Source of the DNA: Lama guanicoe
Lineage: Eukaryota
Length of the DNA stretch: 64,000 bases
Assembly (NCBI GenBank): GCA_013239625.1
Contig: MU056000.1
Span: 10,365,175 to 10,429,174, forward strand
Direction of reading: 5' to 3'
Position 1 is the stretch's first letter; each line of letters begins with the position of its first letter. The notes beneath the pieces are model-generated. The model saw only the letters and a list, made by a program, of their open reading frames with translations, had not been told where the DNA came from and did no database searches. Shown here one piece after another: positions 49,717 through 63,400 of this stretch. Made by a program: the position numbers and the translations under genes.

Positions 49717-49969
49717 GTAAAGACATTGATTTTAGTGAACACTCTTTTTTCTTGCCTTTTCTTCCCTCTGTATTGTTAAGTTTCACTGTATTTACAGAGA
49801 CTTGTGTTTGAAGTAGGCATATACACTTAATTTCTTGTGCTTATTTGCTGACTCATTTTAATGGCCTAAGATCATTGACTTATTTTTAAGGTCATCACAC
49901 AACCCACGTTTGTGGCTTCTCAGGGACTACTGAGTGTGTTATATTTTTCCAAAATAAATACTTTTTTGA

Positions 49970-50120
49970 AATGTATATGTGCATATTTAGTAAAAAAAAA
50001 AGTATGTGTATATACATATATATATACACACACACTACATATATTGCCTAGTTATATATATGGTTATATGTAAGTATATATATTTACTATATATATATTT
50101 GCTATTTGATATACACTATG
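49970..50120. repeat. Degenerate (TA)n/(CA)n low-complexity tract
   Basis: gtatatacatatatatatacacacac..tatatatattt. Confidence 0.7.
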
Positions 50121-50884
50121 TATGTAAAATAGTAAGTATGTGTGGCTTTAAAAGCCACATAGCTTTTAGAAGCTTATAACAATAGCAAAATTCCCAAGCT
50201 TCTTGCTCTAAAATTTCAACCCTTCTAGCTTTTCTGGTATTTCTTTTCATATTTCTAAATAATATGCCTTTTGTATTCTTTATCATTTTAGACATTATCT
50301 TTTGACTTCCTTTTATAAGAGATGAAAATTTGTCTATGTTAGTTACTCTTTCCCACATTTTTATCTCTTCCCATGCTATCAGCATGGTCTGTCACAACTT
50401 TTTTTAACCTTGTTATGACTATGTCAGTATTGCCCACTGCCAAGCCAAGAAGTATGATGTAATATGTTTCCCGTCTTGTACAATCGTTTGTTCTTCCAGG
50501 AGTTCATTGCCTCTCTTTGCTCACTTGCTTGGTTTTCTGTGTATTTATATTTAATTTTTTTGCCAGTGAGCCATCAGCTCCACCAGATGCCTGCCATATT
50601 ATTTTCCAAATGCTCCAATGCATTAATATGTAACCAGTTCCATTCTTCTCCCTGGAGCCCTCCCTTCCGGAACCCTCTGGCTTCCTATCTCAAGCAGTCT
50701 GATTGATCTTGTGACCAGCTATGCACACAGCTGTCATCCAGGGACTGCCCTTGGCCATGCTCAGTGGTGTTATCAAGGCCGTCTATCTCTGTCTCCATCG
50801 CCTGGTTGGCCTGGCATCACACTTGATACAGTAAGATGGCTGTGATGACTGTGGCCACTCTCACTGCAGATCCTTCCCAGTAAA

Positions 50885-51437
50885 TGAAGGGTACCAGAAT
50901 ATGCCACCCCCAAATTTGCCTCTTTGGCTAATGGATTATTTTGAGCTAAAGACTTAATGAGAATCAGCAGACACAGGAAAAACTCTAAAAACAGGGCATA
51001 AGTTGCATTTTTTTGGTAAAGGAAATTTATATTTTTAAAATAAATTTCCATTTGTCAAGATGCCTCCCTCTCCTGTACAGGAAGAGGAGGACTTTTAACT
51101 CTTATCAGTGGAGAAGGCATGACTTAAATCTGCACCACAAACCTTAGTAAACCCTGATTTACCATATCTTTCCTGGTCAGCTCTCCTAACATGCCTCCCT
51201 TGGCCAGAAGCCCCAAACCCCTCTTCTTTGTTTAGCCTCAGATGGCATATAAGCCCAAATTCTAGCCACCTCTTTGGGCTACTCACCACTGGGTGCTCCC
51301 ATGTAATTCACAATGCACATGTAAAAAAAACTTCTGTTTTTCTCTTGTTAATCTGTCTTTTGCCTGTCTAATTTATAGGATCACAGCAGGGAAACCTAAG
51401 ATGATTAAAGGAAAAAGATTTTTTCCCTTCCACTATC
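50885..51437 (+). mobile_element. MER34-like solo LTR (ERV1)
   Basis: tgaagggtaccagaatatgccacccc..ggattattttgagctaaag..cttgttaatctgtcttttg; TATA-like catataag near 51247. Confidence 0.7.
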
Positions 51438-52119
51438 CTAGCAACCCTAGTGAAAAGTGACTTCTTTATTTTAATATCATATGTCAAACCCAGGGAAGGC
51501 TCCAGTTGCCTCTATGTGTGTGTCACTGGCCCCTTCATGAACACAGCGATGAGGTGCTCTAATGGCCCTTGTGATTTACAGCCCTTTTAAGACATCATGG
51601 AACCAGGGAGGGTGGGCATTTCCTGAAAGAAGGGGCCCAGCCGACCCACCCACCGTGTCCACTGCAGGGCTGGACCAAGAAAAGACTGATGGAGGGGCAT
51701 TAACTTGGGAGCCGAGGGACCAGGGCTCTATTCTTGGTCGTGCCTACTGAGTAGCTCCCTGACCTTGGGGAAATTGATGGGCTTCCTCTCGTCACCTCAG
51801 AGTTAATTCCCTTCAAAGGGAGAATCTAGAGTAGACTTTGTGCTATTATCCAAGATTCTAAAATTGTATCCTCTGTCCAAAAAGAGCTTGTAATATAAAA
51901 GGTGCTCTGTCTTGGACATTGGTGTAGATCACAAAACAATAATGGAACAATAATGGAAAAGAAAAGTGGAAACAGAAAATAAATGTCCCAAAACAATGAT
52001 TTCCTTGATTAAACTTGTACTGTGGGCCAGGCCTTGTTAAACGTTTTATTTGGATTATCACATTTTTAACTTCCAAGATTTCTCTCTTGATCTCTGATTA
52101 ACCCAGTTTTGAAGCACCT

Positions 52120-52290
52120 TGTTACATACATCTCTGTGCCTCCATCTCCTCATCTGTAAAATAGGGATAATAATCTTACCTACTTAGTGAGATTAATGAT
52201 GAGAATTAAATGAAACAATGCACGTAAAACACTGAGAAGTACCAGGAATACGATAATCGTTCAGTATGTATTGTCAATATTATTATTAGC
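52120..52290 (+). mobile_element. MIR SINE
   Basis: ctcatctgtaaaatagggataataat..gatgagaattaaatgaaacaatgcacgtaaaacac. Confidence 0.8.
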
Positions 52291-52856
52291 TATTCTTCTG
52301 CTTGGTTTTCTTCCTAGTGGACATTTGAGGGGGAAGCTTTCTCTCTCTGTTCAGTCTTCCATCTGCCTTCCCTCATCCAAAAGTATGATGCATTTATTTT
52401 TAGCCTACTGGCATTTCTTTGATTTTCCATTTCCCTGTTTTTTGCCTCTGGTCACAGTAGGGTAGAAGAGTCAGTGTCTTCAGGCAGTTTGCCACTGTTG
52501 ACCACTGTCTCCTGGTTTTTGACTTTTCATAATTAAAAAATTTTATTTTTTTATCTTGTTTTATTTAACTCATGACATTACTCAAATGTTCACACTTAAG
52601 TATGTGAACTTTCCCTTCCTCTTTGATAAAGTGGTATGAACTTCATAAGTAATCCCCCATGTGGTGTCGGGACATAGGAAGGGCTGAATGAAGTTTTGTG
52701 ATGTTCCCCCCATCTCCATCCTCTTTGTGGTAATGAGTCTCATGATTCTGGCTCTGGGTAGTCACTAATCAGCTTCATTCTGAGCTGGGCAAGATAGTGG
52801 AAGCAGTACATCTCCTCTCGTCAGTCAAGAAAGATGCATCTAAGATGGGCAGGCGG

Positions 52857-52960
52857 GTGGGTGGGTATAGCTCAGTGGTAGAAGGCATGCTTAGCATGCA
52901 TAAGGTCCTGGGTTCAGTTCCTAGTACCTCCGTTAAAAAAAAAACTAAGGAAAAAAAAAG
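52857..52960 (+). mobile_element. tRNA-derived camelid SINE (Vic-1-like)
   Basis: gggtatagctcagtggtagaaggcatgcttagcatgcataaggtcctgggttcag..tacctcc plus A tail; candidate TSD AAGAAAGATG at 52827-52836 and 52958-52967. Confidence 0.9.
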
Positions 52961-53329
52961 AAAGATGTCAGTGAAAGGTAGGAGTTCAGCAAGGTTTAAA
53001 TGTTGGGCAGAGACAGCTGGTGGAGCTTTCCATCACATGGTGCAGCTTTAAACCATGCTTGAAGATTGAAGGGCCATGAGTGAACCAAAGAATTCTTTGT
53101 TGATGTGCTATCCAAAAGAGGACAGATCATACCACCAATGAGTTTCCAAGAGCTCTTGTCATTGGCTCATTTATTCACTAATTTTGCAAATATTTATTAA
53201 ATGATTTGAATGTGCTAGGAGCTGGGGACACCCCAGTGCACAGACAGATGAAGTCTATGCTTCCTTGGGTGGCCTGTTCCACTGGTGTAGGGCGAAAGAG
53301 CTTTACTTGCTATCGAGAATTTTCTTCAG

Positions 53330-53735
53330 TAGCACATAATTGTTATTCCAACTAACAGCCCTTCCTAATTCCTTTCTCTGTTGTCAACCCCACCACAGAG
53401 GCTGAAAAAGCTAACGCGTGCTTTCCCAGCTTCCCCTGAAGTCCGGGTAGTCCCGTGACACCGTTCTATGGAATGTTACTCAAGTGGTTGTCTGCAGGCG
53501 CTTCTGGGAAGGATGCTGGTCGCTGGTGCTGCCTCTTCCCCTTCTTCCTTCCCTGAATTTGAGCACAATGCTTAGAGCATCAACAGCCAACATGCTGGAA
53601 GGACCAGGAGAGTCACAGGGTTGAGAAGCGGTGTCCAGCCTGCCTCTGGACTTCCTGTGACCTGAGACTCTTAGTCACTTTATCTGCCTTTGTTTAGGTT
53701 TGTTAGTTATAGCCAGGAACATTCTGGACTGACAC
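53330..53735 (+). mobile_element. MLT1-type MaLR LTR
   Basis: gctttcccagcttccc..gcttctgggaagg..gcctctggacttcctg..tgttagttatagcc..ctgaca. Confidence 0.55.
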
Positions 53736-53864
53736 CAAGACAGCAACCACTGTAAACCCTTTACTTGTCTTTTCCTTCTTAAAATGAAACCTCAAAAATG
53801 TTCCCATATTGAATATTCTTTTAAAAATTTAAATTACCATTGGCTGATCATTTACTTAATATTT

Positions 53865-54136
53865 ATTTATTTATTTTAATATATGCTTATTGATGTACAG
53901 TCGGTTTACAATGTTGTGTCAATTTCTGGTGTACAGCACAATACTTCAGCCACACAGGAACATACATACATTCGTTCTCATATTCTTCTTCACCATAAGT
54001 TACTATGAGATACTGAATATGGCTCCCTGTGCTATACAGTATAAACTTGTTATCTAATATATATATATTGGTTAGTATGTGCAAATCTCAAACTCCCAAT
54101 TTATCCCTTCCCACTCCCTCCACTCCGCCTGGTAAC
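53865..54136 (-). mobile_element. Short lineage-specific L1 3' end with 16-bp TSD
   Basis: L1 3'UTR text; TSD CATTTACTTAATATTT at 53849-53864 and 54137-54152. Confidence 0.9.
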
Positions 54137-54578
54137 CATTTACTTAATATTTTTGACAGCGCAATAAGCTTCTTTGACTTCAGGATCATTATGGAGTAGA
54201 AAGCCAATCTGGCAGCCATCAACAAAAAATCCTTTAAAGTTCTACCAGCTTCAAGCTCAGAGTCCAAAATAGAGCTTGACAACCCCAAGAACTGCCATAT
54301 GGCTGCTCCCTTGAGCAGAGGTGTGAAAATACTGACTCTATCACAAAAGGTGGAGAAAAGCAGAAAGATTCCTACTCTTATCTCAGTAAAAGGAAAGAAC
54401 ATAATGTCTGCAGAGACACAAACGCCATCGACTACTCCCAAACCCCTGAGATTTGCTAAAAAAAACCATGCCGGATGCTGTAGGATTATCATTCCTAAAG
54501 GAAACTCAACCCAGACATCACAGAGATTCAAGCTGCAGCAAAGGCTAGCATGATGACCGAAATCCTAATATTGCAGAG

Positions 54579-54920
54579 CAGGGGGTGTTTAGCAAAATAC
54601 TTTCTGCAGGCCCAGTGTGACCCGGCACCTGTCCTTGTAAGGTTTGTGAGCTGAGATTGGTTTTTACATTTCTCAATGGTTGAAAGTAATCAAAAGGAAA
54701 AGAATATTTTGTGACGTGTGAACATTACAGAAAACTTGAGTTCCAAGGTTCTTAAATAAAGTTGTATTGGCACACAGCCATGCTCACTTTAATTTATAAA
54801 TTATCTAGGGCTGCTTTCATGACACAATGGCAGAGCTGAGTGGTTGCCATGAAGAGTAAGCGGCTCACAAAGCCTGAACTATTTACTACCTGGCCCTTAA
54901 CAGGAAGTGTGCCCTCCCCG
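54579..54920. mobile_element. MER58-like hAT-Charlie DNA transposon relic
   Basis: CAGGGG start; ataaagttgtattggcacacagccatgctca; aagcctgaactatttactacctggccct. Confidence 0.75.
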
Positions 54921-55417
54921 TTTCAGAATCTAGGGCCTGAGCAATGACCTATCCCATAAGAATAGGTCGTTTTTTTTCTACTGACTCAGAGTTTATTGAA
55001 TCAAATGCTAAACTCCCTCTAGGCCTTAGAAACTGTTAAGACAGCTTGTCTTATAAAGTACGTATGATAGGGTTTGACGTCTAAGATCTAGAGATCTACT
55101 CAATAAAAAACATCAATAGTGCATAAAATCAACCTCAGATAAAGGGGCCAAAACAAGGAGGCAAGATTCTCTATGATACAGAAAATTTCCCCCTCCGCAG
55201 TTTCGTAGGGGATCACATGTTAAAATAACACTGAAAAGTTATACTGGTAATATATAATTTTGGAACATTTGGAAAATACTGAGATGTAAGCAGAAGAAAA
55301 TTAAAAATAGCCTTTAAAATTATCACCCATGATGACAACTATTAATATTTGAGGGTTCATTCTTCCAATATTTTTCTGTGCATAAATATTTTTTCCACAA
55401 AATTTAGCTGCTCACAC

Positions 55418-55740
55418 TGTATTAGTATTATTTCAGTTGCAATTGATAAGAAACTTATCTTAAATAGCCTTAAGCTAAAAAAAAAAAAAAGGAAGGAAGG
55501 GGAGTTGGCTCATGTAACTGCAAGATACAGGAGTATACTGCTTCAGGTATGGCTGAATCCAGGAGCTTAAGCAACATACTAGGGCTTTTTCTCCATCTCT
55601 TAGTTCTACTTCCTCCATGTATGTATTAATATCATGCAGGCTCTTTCTTTCTAGTGACAAGAGGGCTGAAGAAGTCCCCATTGCACCTTTAATCCACACA
55701 GCAGCAATCCCTACAGGAGGAAAAAAAAAGCATTTTTTCC
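55418..55740 (-). mobile_element. MLT1-type LTR fragment
   Basis: tgtattag..tttcagttgcaa..ttggctcatgtaactg..gcttcaggtatggctgaatccagg. Confidence 0.6.
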
Positions 55741-55839
55741 TCCAACAAACAAATATGAGTCTTTTCAGTGTCAGTCAATATCTTTGACACTAGGAGTTTT
55801 ATTTGCTTCCTGATAAATAATCATATAGATGCACCACAA

Positions 55840-56618
55840 TTTTTTTTTAAATTGAAGTATAGTCAGTTACAATGCATCAATTTCTGGTATACAGCACTAT
55901 GTCCCAGTCATGCATATACATACATATATTTGTTTTCATATTCTTTTTCATTAGAGGTTATTACAAGATATGGAATATAGTTCCCTGTACTATACAGAAA
56001 AAAATTTTTTTAATCTGTTTTTATATATAGTGGCTAATATTTGCAAATCTCAAACTCCAAAATTCATCCCTTCCCACCCCCTTTCCCCTGGTAACCATAA
56101 GATTGTTTACTGTCTGTGAATCTGTTTCTGTTTTGCAGATGAATTCATTAGTGTCCCCTTTTTTTCTTTTTTTAGATTCTACATATGAGTGATATCATAT
56201 GGTATTTTTTCTTTCTCTTTCTGGCTTACTTCACTTAGAATGACTATCTCTAGGTCCATCCAGGCTGCTGCAAATGGCATTATTTTATTCTTTTTTATGG
56301 CTGAGTAGTATTCCATTATATAAATATACCACAATTTTATCCAGTCATCTGTCACTAGACACTTAGTATGCTTTCATATCTTGGCTATTGTATATAGTGC
56401 TTCTATGAACACTGGGGTGCATGTATCTTTTCAAATTTGAGTTCCCTCTGGATATATGCCAAGGAGTGGGTTTACTGGATCATAGGGTAAGTCTATTTTT
56501 AGTTTTTTGAGGAGTCTTCATACTGTTTTCCATAATGGTTGCACCAAACTACATTCCCACCAGCAGTGTAGGAGGGTTCCCTTTTCTCCACACCCTCTCC
56601 AGCATTTATCATTCGTAG
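55840..56618 (-). mobile_element. Lineage-specific L1 3' end
   Basis: Closely similar to 4620-5400; T-rich tail at 55840. Confidence 0.9.
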
Positions 56619-58779
56619 ATATGCGCCATGAGTTTTTAAACCAACCCGTTAGAGGAAATTTTTGTCTCAGAATTATAATTATAGGATTAGACGAAATCTG
56701 AGAATCATCCAGTACATTTTATTCCTTTTTACAGTAAAGGAAATTGAGGCCCGGAAAAGATAAGTGATTTCTCATTATCTTTTAGTTATTGACGGCGGGG
56801 AGCCAGATCTAAATGGTTCCAAGATTCACTCTCTTCCAGCTGCTCTCTCTTAAATGTCAACCCTGAAGCAAAATGTCAGGCTAGAAAAGCAGCCAGCTAA
56901 CGGAGTGTGCCTGCCTGCCCAGGGAGCCTGAAAAATAAATGAGTCAGAGAAAAAGAGCAATCTGGTTCTCTTCTCTCCTCCTGGGTTTCCTTCTAAAAAT
57001 GAGGGTGGGAAGAGGGTAAAGAAAGCCACAAAGGCTGTTGTTTGTTTGTTCCTCTTTAACTAAACATAAAAAACACGCTTTGCTGGTTCATCAGAGCTGC
57101 AAGTCTAGTAACGCATCTGTAAGTTTTCGAGATTGTGCCTCTTCATATATTTTCACTTAATCTTCACATTATACAGCAAAATTGTTTTCTAATTAGTATA
57201 TTTTACGTGGTGAGGCTCCTGCTGTCCCTGTGATCTTAAAAAGCTTACCAGGCATGAAAGAGGAAGTGCCATCCATCAGGAGATGAATTCGTTGACCAGA
57301 ACATTTGAGCACTCAGAGCCCATTTGCAAAGAAAGAGAAGGAATCTATTTGCAGACTTGGTGAGCCCAGCAAAGAGAAGGCAAGTGGACCGGAGGCCCTC
57401 GAAGAGGGGCATGATCCGTATATTCTGTGTTCTGCAAGAGCTCAGTCGGTGTCCACCAGATATTGAGCAGGAGACCCAGGAGAGACTGAGATCTTGCCCC
57501 TGACCTCTGGAGCTCACGGTCAAGTGTGAGAAGATGAAGACTTGGACAAGTAGCTCTCAGTATACTGGGTGCAGTGGAAACAGTCAAAATGTATGAGAGG
57601 GCAGTGGAGCCAGGCTGCTAACTCATCATGGGTGATGATGGGTGGTCTGGAATTGATTCTCAAAAGAGAGCAGGCTTGAGCAGAATCCAGAAGGACCACT
57701 GGTGTCAGCCAGATGAAAGTACACCCAGGTAGTGCAGACCCCAAAGTCACAGGCCAGAGACAGTGAGCAAGCAAACTATAGGCAGGACTGATGTCAAAAA
57801 TTTGGAAAGAATAAAGCCATCTAATTTGCTGGGTGAAAAAAAAAAAAAAAGGAAACACTAAGTTCTGTCTGCTGGACCTACACAAAATTGTGAAATCCTT
57901 CTCCACACACGCCGCCTCTGCGTCTTTCAGTTCCCTCTTCGGTTCTCAGATGCCCTCCATTATCCCTCCCACCCCCTTAGGCTCTCTTTGCACTCTCCTT
58001 ATTAACCTCTGCTCTTAGTAGGAGCCATGGCTTGATGACACTAAGGTGTAAATGACTGATAGGATCATGCTGTAATTCAGTTGACTGATACATTTTTACA
58101 GGAGATAAAATCCCAGACCAAGGAACACACTGTAAATCATAATCCTAGGTGGACAGCTTAAGGCCTCAGTGTCAGAATCACAGAAGCTTCTGCCAGTGCC
58201 CTCTGGAAAAGCTCCAGGGTTCTTTAGGCCTGTTTCTGCTCCTGCCGTGCTGGCCCCTCTCCCAAGGACTCTCTTGCTTTCTCTGCCTGTTTGGGTTTCA
58301 CACCTTGGCTTCCCTAGGCTTGCCTTGATCTGCTGATTTCTCAGCTTTGGTTGTGAAACACCAGCTTGGGTCTTGGCCTCACACATTTGCTCAGCCTCAT
58401 GCTGTGACAATGGACATGGTGCATCTCAGCCATGCTCTGGGCTGGCACATTGCATGGTGGACCACGGTTCTCCTAGCCTCAACTCATTCAGGAAAATGAA
58501 TACACATGGCCTTTGGGGCATCACTGAGTTCCTGGGAAGTGATTTTTTTTTTTTAGGATATACTTTCCATATGGCCCTGGAAGATGGGTTCAAATTCTTG
58601 ACTGCCATTTATCAGCTGAATGATCTCATGCCTCAGTCTCTTTGTGTATTGGGAATAATACTAGTATGTGTCTCAAATGGGGGGTTGGATTAATTAATTC
58701 ACCTAGAACACTTAATAGAGGCTGGCGTTTCATGAGGCCTCAATTAATTAATAGGTCATGATGATGGTGGTGGTGGTGA

Positions 58780-59200
58780 TATGTACATATAATGGAATAC
58801 TATTCAGCCCTGAAAAAGAAGGACATTCTGACATGTGTTAGAACAGTAAAGCATCTTGAAGACATTAATATGCTAAGTAAAATAAGCCAGTCACCAAAGG
58901 ACAGATATTGTATGATTTCACTTACAAAAAGTAGCTAGAGTGGTCATATTCAGAAAGAAGTCAAAGGCAGAAAGTAGAATGACCATTGTTAGTGGTAGGG
59001 GTTTAGGGAGGGGGAGGAATGGGGAGTTACAGTTTAATGGGTACAGAGTTGCAGTTTGGGAAGATGAAAAAAGTTCTGGAGATGGATGATTGTTGATACT
59101 TGCATATCAATGTGAGTGTACTTAATGCCACTCAACTATATACTTAAAAATAGTTAAAATGGTAAATTTTACCTTGTGTGTTTTTTACACCAAAAAAAAA
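58780..59200 (+). mobile_element. Old L1 (L1MB-like) 3' end
   Basis: aatggaatactattcagcc..tttaatgggtacagagttgcagtttgggaagatgaaaaagttctggagatgga plus A tail. Confidence 0.85.
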
Positions 59201-60409
59201 GGCAATGAATTTGGTTAAGAACAGTTGGAAGTGAATATAGATAGGAAAAGTCCACTGATTCTTAGTAATATGTCCGACCACTGACTTCACTCACATACTC
59301 ACTCATGTTTTCATTCAATGAATATTGGCTAAGTACTTTCTACATGCCAGGCACAATTCTTGGTGCAGGAATTACAGCAACTGACCAGCAACTCCTTTTT
59401 CAACCTCCCATTTAGAGGAGGATGTTTAACTGGAGTTCAGTCAGTCAAGCAAACTTGCAATAGAAATGAAGATTACAATTATTTGCGGAAGGTGTAATGG
59501 GTTCCACTGTTCTCAGGACAAACATCAACTTGTCCTAGCCTGAGGCTGACCCAGATATGCATGAGTGACCCTTGAGTAAAATGAAAGGTTTGGCACAGCA
59601 ATGGAAAATTCATTTTGCAGTGTCTTTAACAGTTCTGAACGTTCACATTCCATTTTCAGAGTTCAAATGGTCAAGAAAACTTTTTGAAAACAAAAATTCT
59701 AAGAAAATATTTGCTAGGATTTATTGACCAGGTGCCCCCCACCCTCTCTCTCTCTTTCTCCCCCACTCTTTCTTTCTTCTGATTTGGGCCATAGCAGGAT
59801 CGTCCATGTGACTAACTGGAGTAGCGTTTGCCCCGGCCACTCATTCTGAACTCTGCAGCATCACAATCAAATGATGTGCATCTAGGCACAATACTAGGCA
59901 CTGACTTTGTTTTCAGCTATTCTAAGGTCAATGTTTTGGTGAGTGCAATAATTTGTGTCAAAATTTCAGCTGAGACAATTGCTGCAGGGGCCTTTGCTGA
60001 CCTCTGAGAGTGTGGCCTCACACCATACTCTCAATTTACCCATTCAAAAATATTCAATCTATGTAGTAGGTCCATGATATATGAAGTTAATATACTAGGC
60101 TCAACAGTAGAGTTACTGTTCTAGTATAGCACCAGTTAGATGGTTTTTTTTAAAAGCCTATGTGCTCAAGATGCATAGAAGGCAATGATGGTGTCATTAA
60201 AGGCAATAAAGATTTGTCAGTCCATATAAAAAAAAGTCCAAGCTCTGAGCTAGACACTAAGGATTCTAGATCAGAATTCTTGCCACCAAAACGCTCACAA
60301 TCTAGGTATTTTTAAAAAGATGGATAACATCATTGTTAAGACAGGCAGTAAGTCACACTTGGGTAGACCAGAAAGCCAATCAGAAATCTCTATGTGTAGT
60401 CATATCCTC

Positions 60410-60640
60410 TAACTACTAATATTTATATGATGTTTATTATGTGCCAAGCAGTATTACAAGGTTTTTGGATTTATCTAATCACTTCATCCCCATAACAACC
60501 CTAAGAGGAAGATACTCATTTGACCTGCATTTTACAGATAAGGAAACTGAGGCACAAAAAGTTTAAATAATTGAGCCAGACCATGTGGCTAATAGCCAGG
60601 CCAGGTGGTCTAGCTTCAAGGTTTAGGTCTGTAAGTAGCA
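60410..60640 (-). mobile_element. MIR SINE
   Basis: cataacaaccctaagagg..cattttacagataaggaaactgaggcaca. Confidence 0.8.
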
Positions 60641-61109
60641 CAGCAAGGAGCCTCCCACTCAGCTTTTGGAGTAACAATGAACATTACAGCAAACCACAAA
60701 ATGCTGATTGTGAGTTAATTAGAAGGATTTTAGGCTGAATCCAAACAGCTGTGTTCATAAATATTACCTTGGGGGAGAAGGGGAAAGTTAACTGGCTAAT
60801 TTATTTCCAGTGGTTAAAGGACTTAAGCAAATTTTATTCTATTATACCACAAGAAATTAGTCCTGGTATTTTCAGCTTCTAGAATAGACCATTTGTACTC
60901 ATAACCTTATTTATGTTTAATTACACAAAGCAATTTTAAGTCATTTACCTCGTATGAATAACAAGGCTTGATAAACCCAAGCCATGGTTTATGGCTATAG
61001 AAAACCACCCATCTGTATTAAAATCTGATCTGGATAGAAAGGACTTTCCCTCTATACATGCGGTAGAGTTTGGAGATACTTTTATTATCTTCTGTGAAGC
61101 GTTGGCTGC

Positions 61110-61330
61110 AAAGTGGTGGGGTGGCAGACAGATCAGACCTAGGTTCAAACTCTGTATTAGCATTTACTCAGCCTCAGTTTCCCCATCTGTAAACTGTGTA
61201 ACAACAGTACCTGCCTCGTGGGCCAGTGTGAGGATTAGGTGAAATAATACAAAAAAAATACATAAAAGGATTACCTAAGTGCCTGGCCTGATGTCAGCTG
61301 TCGATAAGTCACTAGCATTATAGTAATTGC
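61110..61330 (+). mobile_element. MIR SINE (internally deleted)
   Basis: cagacctaggttcaaa..gcctcagtttccccatctgtaaa..gtgaggattaggtga. Confidence 0.75.
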
Positions 61331-61499
61331 TATTGCTCTGATTCAGAATCTCCCTGGAGATGCCAAAGACCTGGGATCCTCTAAACATTTACTCTGAGAC
61401 TCAGAAAAGAGGGGGTGTGATTTCTTGTAGATATGCTCTAAGTATACTGGAGCCACCTACAATTCCAGGGTGCTTTCCACATCTTCCTTTAGCTATGGA

Positions 61500-61795
61500 A
61501 TTTTTTTTTAAGATATTGAATATAGTTCTTTGTACTATATAGTAGGTCTTTGTTGTATATTTTTTATTTTTTTTAAACATTTTTATTGATTTATAATCAT
61601 TTTACAATGTTGTGTCAAATTCCAGTGTTCAGCACAATTTTTCAGTCATTCATGGTCATATACACACTCATTGTCACATTTTTTTCTCTGTGATTTATCA
61701 TAACATTTTGTGTATATTTCCCTGTGCTATACAGTGTAATCTTGTTTATCTATTCTACAATTTTGAAGTCCCAGTCTATCCTTTCCCACCCTCTT
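61500..61795 (-). mobile_element. Lineage-specific L1 3'-end fragments (two adjacent pieces)
   Basis: 61560-61790 is highly similar to 4615-4860; 61500-61560 resembles an internal 3'UTR piece of the 49.2 kb copy. Confidence 0.8.
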
Positions 61796-62379
61796 TTTTT
61801 AAAGGTGCCAAAGACATGTTACATGCAAATCTGTCTCTGGAACTGTGGGAGAGGAAGTGGTCACCAGGATTTTAATTTTCTTCCTTGTTCTTCTGGAAAA
61901 AAGGGCCCTCTGACTAGACAATCGTGGGTGAAAGAACCTTGCCGGAAGTGCCTTTTTATTGTTGGACTATTTATTTTTACTGTTTGCTATTTCCTTGGTT
62001 TTTTCCTTTTGATAAACCACTTTATCAGATGATTAATTTTGTCAATAACCGCTCCTTAAGTAAACTGTGTTCTAAGTAAGTATAACCCCGTTCTGCTGAC
62101 CGAGGAGGGAAATAAAGATCAGAAAATTTGCCCAATCTAGTGGAACGGGCCCTGGGCCAACAGCTGGATTCCAGTCTCGCCCTCCCAAAGCCGTGACCCA
62201 TCAGCGGTATGGGCCAGGGAAGGGAATCCTGTCATCTTGCCAGGGGAGGGAAAAGCGACCAGTCCCCTCTCCCACATCATGCCATCAACCAGGTTTCTTT
62301 CCTTCCCACTCAATGGGCCTTCGATGTGAGGGATCCGTCCAGATGGAATTCCCAGAATTTTCCGAGAGGCCGCGCTTGC

Positions 62380-63400
62380 ATCCCACCAGAAGCTTCCCGC
62401 GCCCCAGAGGAGCAACCAGCGTTTCCGCGCAGCCGGGTCTCAAAACACAGAGGGCGCGGAAAGCCCCGCCCATCCCACCAGACCCCGCCCTCTGGGCCCC
62501 GCCCCTTCTAGTCGCGCCCTCCCATTGGCGACCCGGCACGTCAGTCAGCTCCCGCCCGGGGCGGGAGCACAGACCGCGGTCCGCACCCCATCCCTCCCGC
62601 GCCCTCCTGCCTCGGGGAAGCGAGCCGGGGCGCCGGCGGGCGGCCGCCGCGTCTGACAGACCCACTGGCCGAGGCTCTGCGCCCGTCGGCAGCGCGCGGC
62701 CGGCATGGCGGCGCGGAGGAGCCCTCAGCAGGAGCAGGAGCGGGAGCGGTCTCGCGTCCCCGCCGCAGGTGGGCCCCGGGCCGGGCGGGCCTGGGGGGCG
62801 CTCTCCTCCGCCGGCCGTCGGCGCAGCCCAGGGTTTGGGGGTGCGATGCCTGCGCTACGAGGGGTGGGAGCTCCGGGGCGCGCGAGGATCCAGGTGCGCC
62901 CCTGACCTGGGCGGGCTGCTCCCACACACACCACCTGCAGGGTTTGGGGGGCCGTCGAGGGTGGAGGTCGTATCTCAATAAGGCACTACAGCCTCGGGAG
63001 GCAGAGCTGTTCCGGGAGAGGCGGCAAGCGACCCGCTGAGGCAGAGCAGACAGGTTCCTGGAAAGAGAAAGCCCTTCCTGCCGTCTGGGGTGGGGTGGGG
63101 GACACAGGCAGTGGTTGGGGTCGGGCCCTGGCGCCCAGGAGCGGCGGTGTCCCCTTCTCGGTGTCCCCTCCAGGAGCTCGATTGTTGTCGGAGGGAAGTA
63201 GACGGGTTTCGCACTTTGCTGGCAGAGGATGTGGCCCACACCTTCGCAGCAATCGAGACTCGATGAGCAGCAGAGAAAATCGGGCTTTTGAAACAGAAAT
63301 GTCACCAGAGACAAGAGTAGCAGCACAGTATGGCCCAGGTCGCTGAGGTCGCGGGCGCAGCACCTGCGTCGCAGAGTCTTCGTCCTCGGCGGCGGGAGCT
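62380..63400 (+). promoter_or_regulatory. OTULINL: CpG-island promoter of OTULINL
   Basis: Dense CpG; CCCCGCCC boxes near 62464, 62483 and 62497; ATTGG (reverse CCAAT) 62524-62528; CACGTCA 62537-62543; GGGGCGGG ~62558; no TATA box. Confidence 0.85.
62705..62768 (+). CDS. OTULINL: OTULINL (FAM105A) first coding exon (MAARRSPQQEQERERSRVPAA)
   Basis: Strong Kozak GGCATGG; donor CAG|GTGGGC, phase 1; resembles the recalled human N-terminus MAATRSPTRARERERSGAPAAG; known TRIO-OTULINL-OTULIN synteny. Confidence 0.85.
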
